DNA of 64,000 nucleotides from Alphaproteobacteria bacterium CG11_big_fil_rev_8_21_14_0_20_39_49 (GTDB lineage Bacteria; Pseudomonadota; Alphaproteobacteria; Rickettsiales; UBA6187): NCBI GenBank assembly GCA_002787635.1, contig PCXK01000001.1, positions 4,980 to 68,979 of the forward strand, read 5' to 3'. Shown piece by piece: positions 19,806 to 29,040 of this stretch (position 1 is its first letter; each line of letters starts with the position of its first letter). The notes under the pieces were generated by a model. It saw only the letters and a program-made list of their open reading frames with translations, ran no database searches and was not told where the DNA came from. The position numbers and the translations under genes were made by a program.

Positions 19806-20630
19806 TTATTTTTGGCAGATACGGCAATAAAAAGTTGAACGTCCGGACTGCTTAATTCTTATTAGCTCATTTTCGCAGATATTGCAAGGCTCTCCACCAC
19901 GTCCGTAAACTTTAAAATTATGCTGAAAATATCCCGTTCCGCCTGAGGACTGCACATAGTCCCGTAAGGTTGAACCGCCCGATTCAATCGCCTCCAGCAA
20001 TATTTTTTTGATGTTCATTGCTAAATCTTCACATTGTTTTTCAGTCAGTGTATTTGATTTTTTTGTAGGGTTTATCAGGCTTCTAAACAAAGCTTCACAG
20101 GCATATATATTGCCCACGCCAACTACCAAAGATGCGTCCATTATAGTATTTTTTATCGGGGTGGAGCGGTTTTTTAGTATTTCATATAAAGATTGCCCGT
20201 TAAAAACTTCCTCCAGCGGTTCAAGCCCAAGATTTGCAATTAATTTATGTGAATTAAGATTGGCAATATCAGAAAATGTAATCAGTCCGAAACGTCTGGT
20301 ATCATTGAAAACCATTTCTATTCCGTCTTCAAACTGAAAGATGGCGTGGTCATGTTTTTCACGCCTGTTTTGGAAATTCCGATGTACTATCATTTTTCCG
20401 CTCATACCAAGATGTGCAATGATTACGCTGTCATCGTCCAGTGTTATTATTATATATTTAGCCCTCCGCCGAACGGACTTAACCGTTTTGTCCTTTAAAT
20501 GTTCGGAAAAATTTGCAGGGAAGGGTATGCGTAAATTCGGGCGGAAATTTTGTGCGTTGATAATCTTCTTGTTCAATATGGATTGGTTTAATCCGCAGCA
20601 GACCGTCGCTACTTCAGGCAATTCAGGCAT
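19806..20630 (-). CDS. mutM: formamidopyrimidine-DNA glycosylase
   Basis: 274-aa ORF. N-terminal MPELPEV, and a C-terminal zinc finger CNICENELIRIKQSGRSTFYCRIC. Confidence 0.9.
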   Translation of the reverse strand: MPELPEVATVCCGLNQSILNKKIINAQNFRPNLRIPFPANFSEHLKDKTVKSVRRRAKYIIITLDDDSVIIAHLGMSGKMIVHRNFQNRREKHDHAIFQFEDGIEMVFNDTRRFGLITFSDIANLNSHKLIANLGLEPLEEVFNGQSLYEILKNRSTPIKNTIMDASLVVGVGNIYACEALFRSLINPTKKSNTLTEKQCEDLAMNIKKILLEAIESGGSTLRDYVQSSGGTGYFQHNFKVYGRGGEPCNICENELIRIKQSGRSTFYCRICQK

Positions 20631-20716
20631 AATTTTAGTCGTAAGTTACGAGTTGCAAGTTGTAAGAATATATTATAAAAACTTAAATCTTGCAACTTAC
20701 AACTAACAACTTAGCA

Positions 20717-21451
20717 ATGAAAACCCATTTCGGATTCAGGGAAGTAGATAAAGACGAAAAAGCACCTTTGGTAAAAGGGGTGTTCGATAATGTAGCTTCT
20801 AAATATGATATCATGAACGATGTTATGAGTATGGGTACTCACCGTTTATGGAAAGATAAGTTTATCAGGGTGTTAAGCCCAAGGGACAATTCAAGGTTAT
20901 TAGATGTTGCGGGTGGTACGGGAGATATAGCGTTCAGATTTCTTAAAAATACGCAAAACGGCAGTGTGACCATAGCAGACATTAACCATAATATGTTACG
21001 TGAGGGTTATAAAAACTCAATAGATAAGAACATCAAAGGCGATATTAGTTGGGTGTGTGCCGATGCACAATATATGCCGATTCCCGATAATGAATATGAT
21101 TATTATACAATAGCTTTCGGTATCCGTAACGTGACCGATATCAATGCTGCACTGGCAGAGGCATACAGGGTATTAAAACCGGGCGGACGGTTTTTGTGTC
21201 TGGAGTTTTCCAAGGTTGATAATGCCATATTACAAAAATTCTATGACTTTTATTCTTTTAGTGTAATACCGAAAATGGGCGAAATAATAGCTTCCGATAG
21301 CGGTTCATATCAATATCTGGTAGAGAGTATCAGAAAATTCCCCAATCAGGAAACATTCAGGCAGATGATAGAAAATAATGGATTTGTAAATGTTCGATAT
21401 ATTAATTTAAGCGGCGGGGTAGTGGCTATCCATAGTGGTTGGAAGATATAA
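20717..21451 (+). CDS. ubiE: demethylmenaquinone/ubiquinone C-methyltransferase
   Basis: VFDNVASKYDIMNDVMSMGTHRLWKD, and LLDVAGGTGDIA as the SAM motif. Start placed at ATG 20717 (MKTHFGFREV). Confidence 0.9.
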   Translation: MKTHFGFREVDKDEKAPLVKGVFDNVASKYDIMNDVMSMGTHRLWKDKFIRVLSPRDNSRLLDVAGGTGDIAFRFLKNTQNGSVTIADINHNMLREGYKNSIDKNIKGDISWVCADAQYMPIPDNEYDYYTIAFGIRNVTDINAALAEAYRVLKPGGRFLCLEFSKVDNAILQKFYDFYSFSVIPKMGEIIASDSGSYQYLVESIRKFPNQETFRQMIENNGFVNVRYINLSGGVVAIHSGWKI

Positions 21452-21478
21452 GAAAGCCCCCTAATCAGGGAGCTTTCT
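21451..21478. terminator. hairpin between convergent ubiE and the 94-aa ORF (bidirectional terminator candidate)
   Basis: AGAAAGCCCCCT-aatc-AGGGAGCTTTCT is a 12-bp stem with one mismatch, followed by a T/A-rich tract. Confidence 0.55.
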
Positions 21479-21499
21479 TTATATTTGGCGTAGCTCGTA

Positions 21500-21784
21500 T
21501 TAATATATTCTACCTGATGACGATTTTTGATTTACAAATGCACCATAATTTCCTTTCTGTGTAGTAAATGAATCCGGACTTATTGCACCTGATTCTCGAC
21601 TGACTTTTTTTGCAAAACCTTTCTCCGAAGGATTAAAAGTCGGCTCTTTGGGTATGTCTGCCATAGCTAACTCTGATGATTGTTTAAAATCTCTGGAAAG
21701 TTCCTGACATGCCTCATTATTCATGTCATTAGATTTCATGCAGTTAACCATGTTTTGAAAGCTTGAGTTTGTATTTTGCGTCAT
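21500..21784 (-). CDS. hypothetical small protein
   Basis: 94-aa ORF with no recognisable motif. It is the only long ORF in this gap. Confidence 0.35.
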   Translation of the reverse strand: MTQNTNSSFQNMVNCMKSNDMNNEACQELSRDFKQSSELAMADIPKEPTFNPSEKGFAKKVSRESGAISPDSFTTQKGNYGAFVNQKSSSGRIY

Positions 21785-21982
21785 AAGTTGTATCCTCTTT
21801 TTTTATTATAAAAACGATGTATCTAGATTATTAGTGATATAGTGTATTAATTTATTAATCAAGTTTTTTTATCAGATATTCAATAAAAATGAACACTCCC
21901 AAATGAATTTATGTATATGTAGTTTGCTATATATTTAATAATTTTGTATCTTACGAACGGATTTTGCCAATTAGGATTTTAA

Positions 21983-23350
21983 ATGTTTAATTTTATTGCA
22001 AGTATCTTTAGTTTGATAAGAGTTACGCCGAGCATGATAAGGATATTTATCGTATTATTATCATCGGGTGTGTTATCCGGTCGCAAGGAACGAGGAAAGA
22101 AACTTTGTATTGCCTTTAAAAAATTAGGTCCAAGCTTTATAAAGCTGGGTCAGACATTATCCGTACGTCCTGATCTGGTAGGGGAGGAGATTGCCGATAG
22201 TCTTACCAGCCTACAGGATAAAATACCTCCTTTTCCGTCCGATCAGGCAAGGGTAATAATTGAAAAAGAGCTTGGTAAGCCGATAAATAAAATGTTCTTG
22301 GAATTTAGTGAAGAACCTGTTGCTGCTGCATCTATAGCACAGGTGCATAAAGCAATAACGATTGACGGGCATGAAGTGGCGGTAAAAATACTGCGTCCGA
22401 GCATTCAAAAGAAATTTCACCGTGATATAAAATTATTCTATTTGATAGCCAAGTTCTTAAAAACCTTTAAAAAATTCCGCAGGCTACGCCCTAAAGCGGT
22501 TGTTGATGTGTTCGCAGATTCCGTCAAGAAGGAACTTGACCTTAGAATGGAAGCCGCTGCCGCATCGGAATTAAAGCAAAATTGTAAGAATGATGAGGGT
22601 ATATATGTACCGAAAGTTTTCTGGCATCTAACGTCGGAAAAGGTGCTGGTTACACAGTGGATAAACGGCATACCCGTCAATGACCGTGAGGCACTGGTTA
22701 ATGCAGGACATAGTCTTGAAAAGATAACTGCAAGATTATCAAGGGCATTTTTAAACCAGTCATATAGGGACGGGTTTTTTCACGCCGATATACATCCCGG
22801 AAACCTGTTTGTAGATGCTGAAGGTAATATAGTGCCTGTCGATTTCGGTATTATGGGCAGGCTTGATAAACAGACAAAAATATATGTAGCAGAAATATTA
22901 AGAGGGTTTTTATCGGGTGATTATGCCCACGTTGCCAAGATACATTTCGATGCCGGATATGTACCTAAACATAAATCTGAACTGGATTTTATGCTTGCTT
23001 GCAGGGCAATAGGAGAGCCTATCATGGGGCTGCCCGTCGCTCAGATATCCATCGCAAGGCTTCTTGCCATGCTGTTCAAGGTGACGGAAGATTTTGAAAT
23101 GGAAACACAGCCGCAATTATTATTGCTGCAAAAAACAATGGTACTGATAGAAGGGGTAGGGCAGAAACTTTATCCTGAAGTAAATATGTGGCATCAGGCG
23201 GAAGACTGGATAAAAATCTGGGCAAAAGAGAATATAGGTGCCAAGGCTAAAATGAAAGACGGCATAAAAGAGCTTGCCCTTCTTTTGGGTGATTTGCCTG
23301 AAAGATTGAAAAAAATCGATAAAATAATAGATAAGCTAGCTGAACAATAG
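21983..23350 (+). CDS. ubiB: ubiquinone biosynthesis protein UbiB (ABC1/ADCK atypical kinase)
   Basis: 455-aa ORF. FIKLGQTLSVRPDLVGEEIADSLTSLQDKIPPF, AAASIAQVHKA and FHADIHPGNLFV motifs. Next to ubiE, as in many proteobacteria. Confidence 0.85.
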   Translation: MFNFIASIFSLIRVTPSMIRIFIVLLSSGVLSGRKERGKKLCIAFKKLGPSFIKLGQTLSVRPDLVGEEIADSLTSLQDKIPPFPSDQARVIIEKELGKPINKMFLEFSEEPVAAASIAQVHKAITIDGHEVAVKILRPSIQKKFHRDIKLFYLIAKFLKTFKKFRRLRPKAVVDVFADSVKKELDLRMEAAAASELKQNCKNDEGIYVPKVFWHLTSEKVLVTQWINGIPVNDREALVNAGHSLEKITARLSRAFLNQSYRDGFFHADIHPGNLFVDAEGNIVPVDFGIMGRLDKQTKIYVAEILRGFLSGDYAHVAKIHFDAGYVPKHKSELDFMLACRAIGEPIMGLPVAQISIARLLAMLFKVTEDFEMETQPQLLLLQKTMVLIEGVGQKLYPEVNMWHQAEDWIKIWAKENIGAKAKMKDGIKELALLLGDLPERLKKIDKIIDKLAEQ

Positions 23351-23355
23351 GTCGG

Positions 23356-23916
23356 CTATACTTCCATGCCGACACTTTTTGCGGCTCCCATTCCCGGTGT
23401 GGCAGATGGTGTCAGCAATCCTATCCTGTCCATAGCTACATCACCTGCAAATTGCATGTCCTGCATACCACGGCTTGTACCCATAGTTGTAGGAAATGCA
23501 CGTGCATCACCCGAACTATCGGAACTACTGCCTGATGATTCACTGCTTGCGGCAGTACCTGCAATGCTTGCAGCACTGCTTTCGGCAGGAGGAGCCGAAG
23601 CTTCCGGCCGGAAATCCATTGCACCGCCCGCCCCGAGTTCGGGAGTTTTGAAAGCTGTTTCTTTATCGGCTTTTATTCCTCTTAAAACACTATCTAAGAG
23701 ACCTCCGTCAATGCTTGCCTTTCCAAAGTTAACTATTGCGACCGAACCTGCCATTTGTGTCAGATAGTCATGATCTTTAAAGAACGGCTGACCGTCCGAC
23801 GTGTCAAAGAAGAACATTCTTCCGGTTATACCTGACTGACCGCCGCCTCCACCTTGGGACATGCTTGACAATTTTGCACCTAATTCTGCACCTACATTGG
23901 GTGATGGAGCGTTCAT
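23356..23916 (-). CDS. hypothetical Gly/Ser/Ala-rich protein
   Basis: 186-aa ORF, visibly more GC-rich than its neighbours. AAGG lies 8 nt upstream of the ATG. Contains GGGGG and SSESSGSSSDSSGD tracts. The antisense 133-aa ORF was judged a shadow. Confidence 0.4.
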   Translation of the reverse strand: MNAPSPNVGAELGAKLSSMSQGGGGGQSGITGRMFFFDTSDGQPFFKDHDYLTQMAGSVAIVNFGKASIDGGLLDSVLRGIKADKETAFKTPELGAGGAMDFRPEASAPPAESSAASIAGTAASSESSGSSSDSSGDARAFPTTMGTSRGMQDMQFAGDVAMDRIGLLTPSATPGMGAAKSVGMEV

Positions 23917-24000
23917 AATCTTACCTTATTATATATGTATTAATTTAATTTTAGCATTCGAATAGTTTTAAATAAAGAAGAAAGTAAAAATTTACTATAG

Positions 24001-24031
24001 CTTGGATACTATGGTCAAGCCATAGTATGAC
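24001..24031. repeat. 31-bp hairpin repeat, copy 2
   Basis: Identical to 9488-9518. Confidence 0.9.
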
Positions 24032-24078
24032 GTGTGAGTGTGCAATAAACATAGAATTTTTTAAAAACGCACTGAAAT

Positions 24079-25923
24079 CTAATCTTTTATAACAACGCTA
24101 TCAGGGAAAAATACGGTAACCGTAGTACCTACTCCTACCTTACTGTCGATTTTTAATGTGCCGCCGTGGGCTTCCACCAGCATTTTCGTAAGCCACAAGC
24201 CAAGCCCAGTACCCTCGGACTGCCTTACCATCGAGTTTTTTATATGTCCGAACTTTTCAAGTATTTTAGGAATATCGTTTTGTGATATACCTATGCCCTT
24301 ATCGGCAATTTTAATTCTTACACCGTTTTTCTCTTTAACTTCAAAAGTGATTTCCTGACCGGAGTCTGAAAATTTTACCGCATTGGAAAGGATATTTATG
24401 ATAATCTGTTTTATGCGTAATTTGTCGCCATATATTAAAACAGGTTTTTCCTGTATGTCGGTTATTATAGGTATTTTCTTTTGTGCGGCTTGCTCCTGAA
24501 TCAGTTTCAGACTTTCTCTTGCAGCTTCACCTATATCGACATTTTCTTCAATTATTTCGAACTTGCCTGCTTCTGCTTTTGAGATATCGAGTATATCGTT
24601 TATAAGGTTCAAAAGGTGAATGCCGGACTGGTGTATATCGTTAGCATATTCGACATATTTATCATTTCCGACCTTGCCGAACATTTGAGCCTGTATTATC
24701 TCGGAATAGCCGATTATCGCATTAAGCGGTGTCCGTAACTCATGGCTCATATTTGCCAGAAAGTCAGATTTCGCTTTGTTAGCCCTCTCGGCTTCCTGTT
24801 TGGCTTTAAACAGTTTTTTGTCAATACGCTGTATGCGTTTGATATAACGTCTTAAGTTGAGTAGTTGTTTTGACAGAATGTGTATTTCCATAGGACCGCC
24901 ACGCGGCAAACTTATATTAGTTCCGCCTTTCATCAGTGATTCTGCCGTTGTTGATAATGATGATATCGGAGATACCAGTTTATACTTGAAAAAGAAAAGT
25001 AACATTAAGGTGAATATACCCATTGCCGCTGTTTGAAGTATCTGAGGTAAAACTTTCTCATTGAATAATTTCTGTGCCGCCTGCTTATTTTGCCCTATGG
25101 CAATATAATAATCGTATTTAGGTATTCTTCTTAAATGTGTATAAGTGTCCGATTTATGTTCAATTTTAGCACTTGTTAGAATGCCCTTGAAGTTCGGATC
25201 GAAATTTATCTTGTCTAGGTCATTCGGTTTTTCGGTTTTTAACAGATCCTTTGAATCTATCAATACATATCCGTTTTTGTCAATTATAAGGAAATTTACA
25301 TAGTCGGTAGATTTGTCTATGAGTCTTGTCGCAATTTTTTTTATACTAATACCTATTGATACTATCCCTAAGAATTGATTTTTATAGTTCTCAACCCCAA
25401 GACCTGCCGGAATTATCCATTCTCCGCTAGTTATTCCGATATCAGGTTTTGATAAGAAAAGTGTCCCCGGTTCCTCAGGTGCTCTTTGCATCCAGCTCCT
25501 CTTATCATATAAAACGGTTTTAGGATTGGGTAAAACACCGTGTATGCTGCTTGCCGTTACCTTTCCGTTTTTGTCTACGAAGTCAAAGAGCGTCCATGTG
25601 AAGACATCATGACTATTTGCTGACGGAATCGTACTATTCTTCAATATTTTTGCTATTTCTTCGGGGGAAGGGTCATTTAAAAGTGATATCCTGTCAGATA
25701 TTATTCTTGCAAAGCCTTCTATATAAAAAAGAGGTTCGGTAAAATTATCAGCTATGATCGATGACTCCGATATCAGATTATTTTGTATGTCTTTCTGGAT
25801 AATCTTGTAATTAAGAAAACCGATAATAGCTAATAATATCAATAGTGCCAATGGTGCGATTACGGAAAACAGCAAATATTGGCTTGATATGGAAATTGTT
25901 TTTTTAATAGTCCTATTGATCAT
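24079..25923 (-). CDS. membrane sensor histidine kinase (periplasmic Cache-like domain, HisKA, HATPase_c)
   Basis: 614-aa ORF. Two TM segments flank a ~270-aa extracytoplasmic region. H-box MSHELRTPLNAIIGY, N/G boxes NAVKF, DKGIGI and GTGLGL. Confidence 0.85.
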   Translation of the reverse strand: MINRTIKKTISISSQYLLFSVIAPLALLILLAIIGFLNYKIIQKDIQNNLISESSIIADNFTEPLFYIEGFARIISDRISLLNDPSPEEIAKILKNSTIPSANSHDVFTWTLFDFVDKNGKVTASSIHGVLPNPKTVLYDKRSWMQRAPEEPGTLFLSKPDIGITSGEWIIPAGLGVENYKNQFLGIVSIGISIKKIATRLIDKSTDYVNFLIIDKNGYVLIDSKDLLKTEKPNDLDKINFDPNFKGILTSAKIEHKSDTYTHLRRIPKYDYYIAIGQNKQAAQKLFNEKVLPQILQTAAMGIFTLMLLFFFKYKLVSPISSLSTTAESLMKGGTNISLPRGGPMEIHILSKQLLNLRRYIKRIQRIDKKLFKAKQEAERANKAKSDFLANMSHELRTPLNAIIGYSEIIQAQMFGKVGNDKYVEYANDIHQSGIHLLNLINDILDISKAEAGKFEIIEENVDIGEAARESLKLIQEQAAQKKIPIITDIQEKPVLIYGDKLRIKQIIINILSNAVKFSDSGQEITFEVKEKNGVRIKIADKGIGISQNDIPKILEKFGHIKNSMVRQSEGTGLGLWLTKMLVEAHGGTLKIDSKVGVGTTVTVFFPDSVVIKD

Positions 25924-26111
25924 GATGTCTTTATTATATAGTAGTATTACCTTGTAAACTAATTTTTATAGTTATAAAAATTTGAAGTTTTTTTTAATAC
26001 TATTAAGAATTTAATATTGCCTAGCATTTTACATTATATTATATATTATGCAATTAATAACCAATGTATAAATTTCTTAAGATAATCTAACTCTAAAATT
26101 TAAATAATAAT

Positions 26112-27551
26112 ATGAAAGCTGAAAGTAATTTTGATAGCAGAAAGAATAAGGCACAGATATATGACGGGTATTTTGGCGGTCAGTACCAAAAGCAGCATAA
26201 TTATAATAATGCAGATATAAGGGATTCTGATAACCCGAGGTTTTTTGGTCCGGTATTACCTAAGGATAGTGAAAATATACGGCGTACAGCCTCTAAAATT
26301 ATTTCCAAACTTGAGGGGGATACGTTCACTTTGGTGGATCACGGTAGTGGAGACGGGCGTAATTTCGGCGAAGTATTGAAAATTGCACAAGAAGCACAAA
26401 AGCAAGGTAAGAATGTCCATTATATAGCATATGATATAAGTTCCGGAGGGCTTGAAAAGTTCAGGCAACGGTTAGGGGATTATAATCAGTATAGTAAATC
26501 GGGAAGTCGTTTTGAAGGTTTGGAAAATGTTAAGTTCAAGGAAATAAAAAAAGAAATAAGTGATCTCGGATATGGCGGTTATAATGCCGGCTCCGCTGTT
26601 AAAGAAAATTTGACGGTTACATTCCTTCATAATGACGAGAATGACGAAAGAAAACATAGTAAGAAGCTGATAGGTCCGGTAGATATGGTAATGTCCGTAT
26701 TCGGACCTCTTTCCCATATAACCAAGGAAGATGAGCGTGTGAAGGCTCTTTCCGTTTTCAATGAAATGTTAAGGGAGGGGGGTGCTATGTATGCCACTCT
26801 TCCTAGTAAAAGGCGTTTTACAAAGGAGCAGGAAGCTTTCGGAATGTTGAGGGATATGAAGCGTGCTCCCGATGATGTTGTAGAAGACGATGTCGTTCTA
26901 TATAAAAGACCTGACGGCACAGTATTGCCATACAAGCTATATACTGAAAAAAGTATAAAAAGTGAGTTTGAAAAAGCCGGTTTTGAAGGGGCAACGGTCG
27001 GTATAAGCAATGCTATACATCAGGATACTTTGTTCAAGTATGCTATTCTGGCACAGGTTGAGTCATGCCTTACAAGCATTATCCCCGGGTTGCCTGCCGA
27101 GTTAGGTAATTATATGTATGTTATCGCATCTGCAGGTAAGTCAAGGGATTTGTCCAAACACTCCTCTAATGTTTCAACTCCGCCTTTAACAAGTGATTCG
27201 TCAGCGGTAAGTGTCGCTAATTCAAAATATGAGTTTGAAGGGATTCGTGATACGGTAATGTCTGAAGTTAGCAGGAGTCCTTCTCATTTATCTTCTGTTG
27301 AGCGTGAGTCATCAGGCTTATCTAGTGCGTCTACTCTAAGTTCTTCCGACGGTAATGAGAATGATGTTGATATTGACGGGGCTGAACATAAACGCCATCT
27401 TTCCGATGGAACGGTTGACGGTTTTTCCACAAAGCGTAATCGTTCGGGTTCTATTAGTAAGCCAAGCATAAAATCAAAGTCGTGGTCGTCAGGTTTAGCT
27501 ACGGGTGCCGAAGATTGTTTCAAAAAAGATAAAGGTTCAATAGGTAAGTAA
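26112..27551 (+). CDS. hypothetical protein: class I SAM-methyltransferase-like core + Ser-rich C-terminal tail
   Basis: 479-aa ORF. FTLVDHGSGDGRNFGE (motif I-like) and HYIAYDIS (motif II-like). The last ~130 aa are S/T/K-rich and disordered (SSVERESSGLSSASTLSSSDG...KRNRSGSISKPSIKSKS). Confidence 0.45.
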   Translation: MKAESNFDSRKNKAQIYDGYFGGQYQKQHNYNNADIRDSDNPRFFGPVLPKDSENIRRTASKIISKLEGDTFTLVDHGSGDGRNFGEVLKIAQEAQKQGKNVHYIAYDISSGGLEKFRQRLGDYNQYSKSGSRFEGLENVKFKEIKKEISDLGYGGYNAGSAVKENLTVTFLHNDENDERKHSKKLIGPVDMVMSVFGPLSHITKEDERVKALSVFNEMLREGGAMYATLPSKRRFTKEQEAFGMLRDMKRAPDDVVEDDVVLYKRPDGTVLPYKLYTEKSIKSEFEKAGFEGATVGISNAIHQDTLFKYAILAQVESCLTSIIPGLPAELGNYMYVIASAGKSRDLSKHSSNVSTPPLTSDSSAVSVANSKYEFEGIRDTVMSEVSRSPSHLSSVERESSGLSSASTLSSSDGNENDVDIDGAEHKRHLSDGTVDGFSTKRNRSGSISKPSIKSKSWSSGLATGAEDCFKKDKGSIGK

Positions 27552-27646
27552 ATAAAAAGGTTTCAATTTTTGTAAATTTAAACTAACTTATTTTTATCTT
27601 CGGAAGTATAATTTAGAATTATACTAATTTTATCATTAATTAAAAT

Positions 27647-28336
27647 ATGAAAGAAGTAGGTAGCCTCTTAAGGGAAACTAGAGAAAGTCAGGGATTTAAG
27701 ATCGAGCAGGCGGCTAAGGAGCTGAAAGTGCGGTCTGAATATCTTGAAGTACTCGAAAGCGGTGATATATCCTCTTTATCTAATGAAATATATATATTGG
27801 GGTATCTAAAATCGTATTCCGCATGGCTTGGTCTCAACAGTAATGAGGTAACAAACAGGTTCAGGTCATTAAACAATGAGCTGTCCGTTAATAAAGGTGT
27901 ATCCCATGATTCTTCGTTCTTTATAAATGTTGAGGACAGAATGATATCTTCGAATAAACCTGTTTATTTGTTTTGTGCCTTACTTTTATTGATCTTCTTT
28001 ATATTTTATAAGGCTCCTCAGTCTGATGACCTTTCATTTGTTGAAGGGGGGGGAGAGCTACATGGCACGCATAAACACCGATATGCAGGTTTTTCCTTTA
28101 AAAAAGAAGCTCACGACAAAATTATGTTAATGGCAAAAAGCGATTTGGGTATAAAATTGAATTATTCGGACAATTTAGTTAAAAATGAGTATCTTACCTC
28201 AGGAGATGTGTATTTTCTACCGCCTGATAAAGATGTGTTGATATCATCGGATAGTCCGGAGAATGTTGATGTTTTTTCTGATGATGAGCGTGGTAAATAT
28301 CTGGGAACACTGCAAGATTTTTATATTTTTAACTAA
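27647..28336 (+). CDS. RodZ-like cytoskeleton protein (HTH + TM + DUF4115-like C-terminus)
   Basis: 229-aa ORF. N-terminal Xre-type HTH LRETRESQGFKIEQAAKELKVRSEYLEVLESGD, and one TM helix (VYLFCALLLLIFFIFY). Confidence 0.55.
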   Translation: MKEVGSLLRETRESQGFKIEQAAKELKVRSEYLEVLESGDISSLSNEIYILGYLKSYSAWLGLNSNEVTNRFRSLNNELSVNKGVSHDSSFFINVEDRMISSNKPVYLFCALLLLIFFIFYKAPQSDDLSFVEGGGELHGTHKHRYAGFSFKKEAHDKIMLMAKSDLGIKLNYSDNLVKNEYLTSGDVYFLPPDKDVLISSDSPENVDVFSDDERGKYLGTLQDFYIFN

Positions 28337-28511
28337 AAGTCATGAAAAAAAACAAAATATTATAACAAATATTCTTTTTGTAATAAAACTTTAATCATAC
28401 GGTGCTACATTAATAGATAAGGGTAGAGATTTTCTTTAATTTATTAATTTAAATCGAGTTAATTTTTATTCGAACTGTTGAAATTTTTTTATTATTAATT
28501 GGAGGTTCTTT

Positions 28512-28898
28512 ATGAATTTTATAACTAAAACTAAAGAGATTACTAGCTACTGTAAAGCTAGATTTAATCTTGACAGTGGTACTTTCGGTACTACATTTAC
28601 ATTTATGCTATTGGCACTGGTTGCTTTAGCACCAAATGAAGCAATGGCAGCTGATGCAGATGGAATGGGACAAGTTGTTTGTAACATTATCGACGAGTTA
28701 CAAGGTCCTGTTGCACGTGGTGTGGCTGCATTCGGTATTATCTTCTTGGGTTTCTCGTTATTCCTTGGTAAGATATCTTGGGGTGTAGCACTAGCACTTG
28801 GTATTGGTATTGCAGCGATTTTCGGTGCAGAAACAATCGTAGACGCTATGCTGGGTAACACAGGTACAGCTTGTACTGAGACTGATGTTATAACCTAA
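28512..28898 (+). CDS. virB2: VirB2/TrbC-family T4SS pilin
   Basis: 128-aa ORF with GGAGG 7 nt upstream. Long leader ending ...APNEAMA|AD, then two hydrophobic helices (VAAFGIIFLGFSLFLG; VALALGIGIAAIFGA). Sits directly upstream of virB4. Confidence 0.7.
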   Translation: MNFITKTKEITSYCKARFNLDSGTFGTTFTFMLLALVALAPNEAMAADADGMGQVVCNIIDELQGPVARGVAAFGIIFLGFSLFLGKISWGVALALGIGIAAIFGAETIVDAMLGNTGTACTETDVIT

Positions 28899-28926
28899 TA
28901 TAGTGCGATTAATATCGCAAATATTA

Positions 28927-28955
28927 AACGGAGGGTTTTACCCTCCGTTTTTTTA
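28927..28955 (+). terminator. rho-independent terminator/attenuator after virB2
   Basis: ACGGAGGG-tttta-CCCTCCGT (8-bp perfect GC-rich stem) followed by TTTTTTT. Confidence 0.7.
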
Positions 28956-29040
28956 TTGTACGATTGCATTAGGTGTATTATGATTTTATATACGCATAAG
29001 TTTAATTATTGCGTTATTAAAATGTGCTTTATTATTTTAG

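Noticed and set aside
23366-23767. 133-aa + strand ORF in the GC-rich segment
   Set aside because: It overlaps the longer minus-strand ORF, which has a plausible RBS. It starts only 16 nt after the ubiB stop with no RBS. It is treated as a shadow, although the coding strand is not proven (see finding).
28899-29040. Search for a missed small virB3 gene between virB2 and virB4
   Set aside because: The 142-bp gap contains the terminator hairpin and stop codons in all forward frames. No ORF of VirB3 size (~90-110 aa) fits, and the VirB4 N-terminus lacks the VirB3-like TM hairpin.
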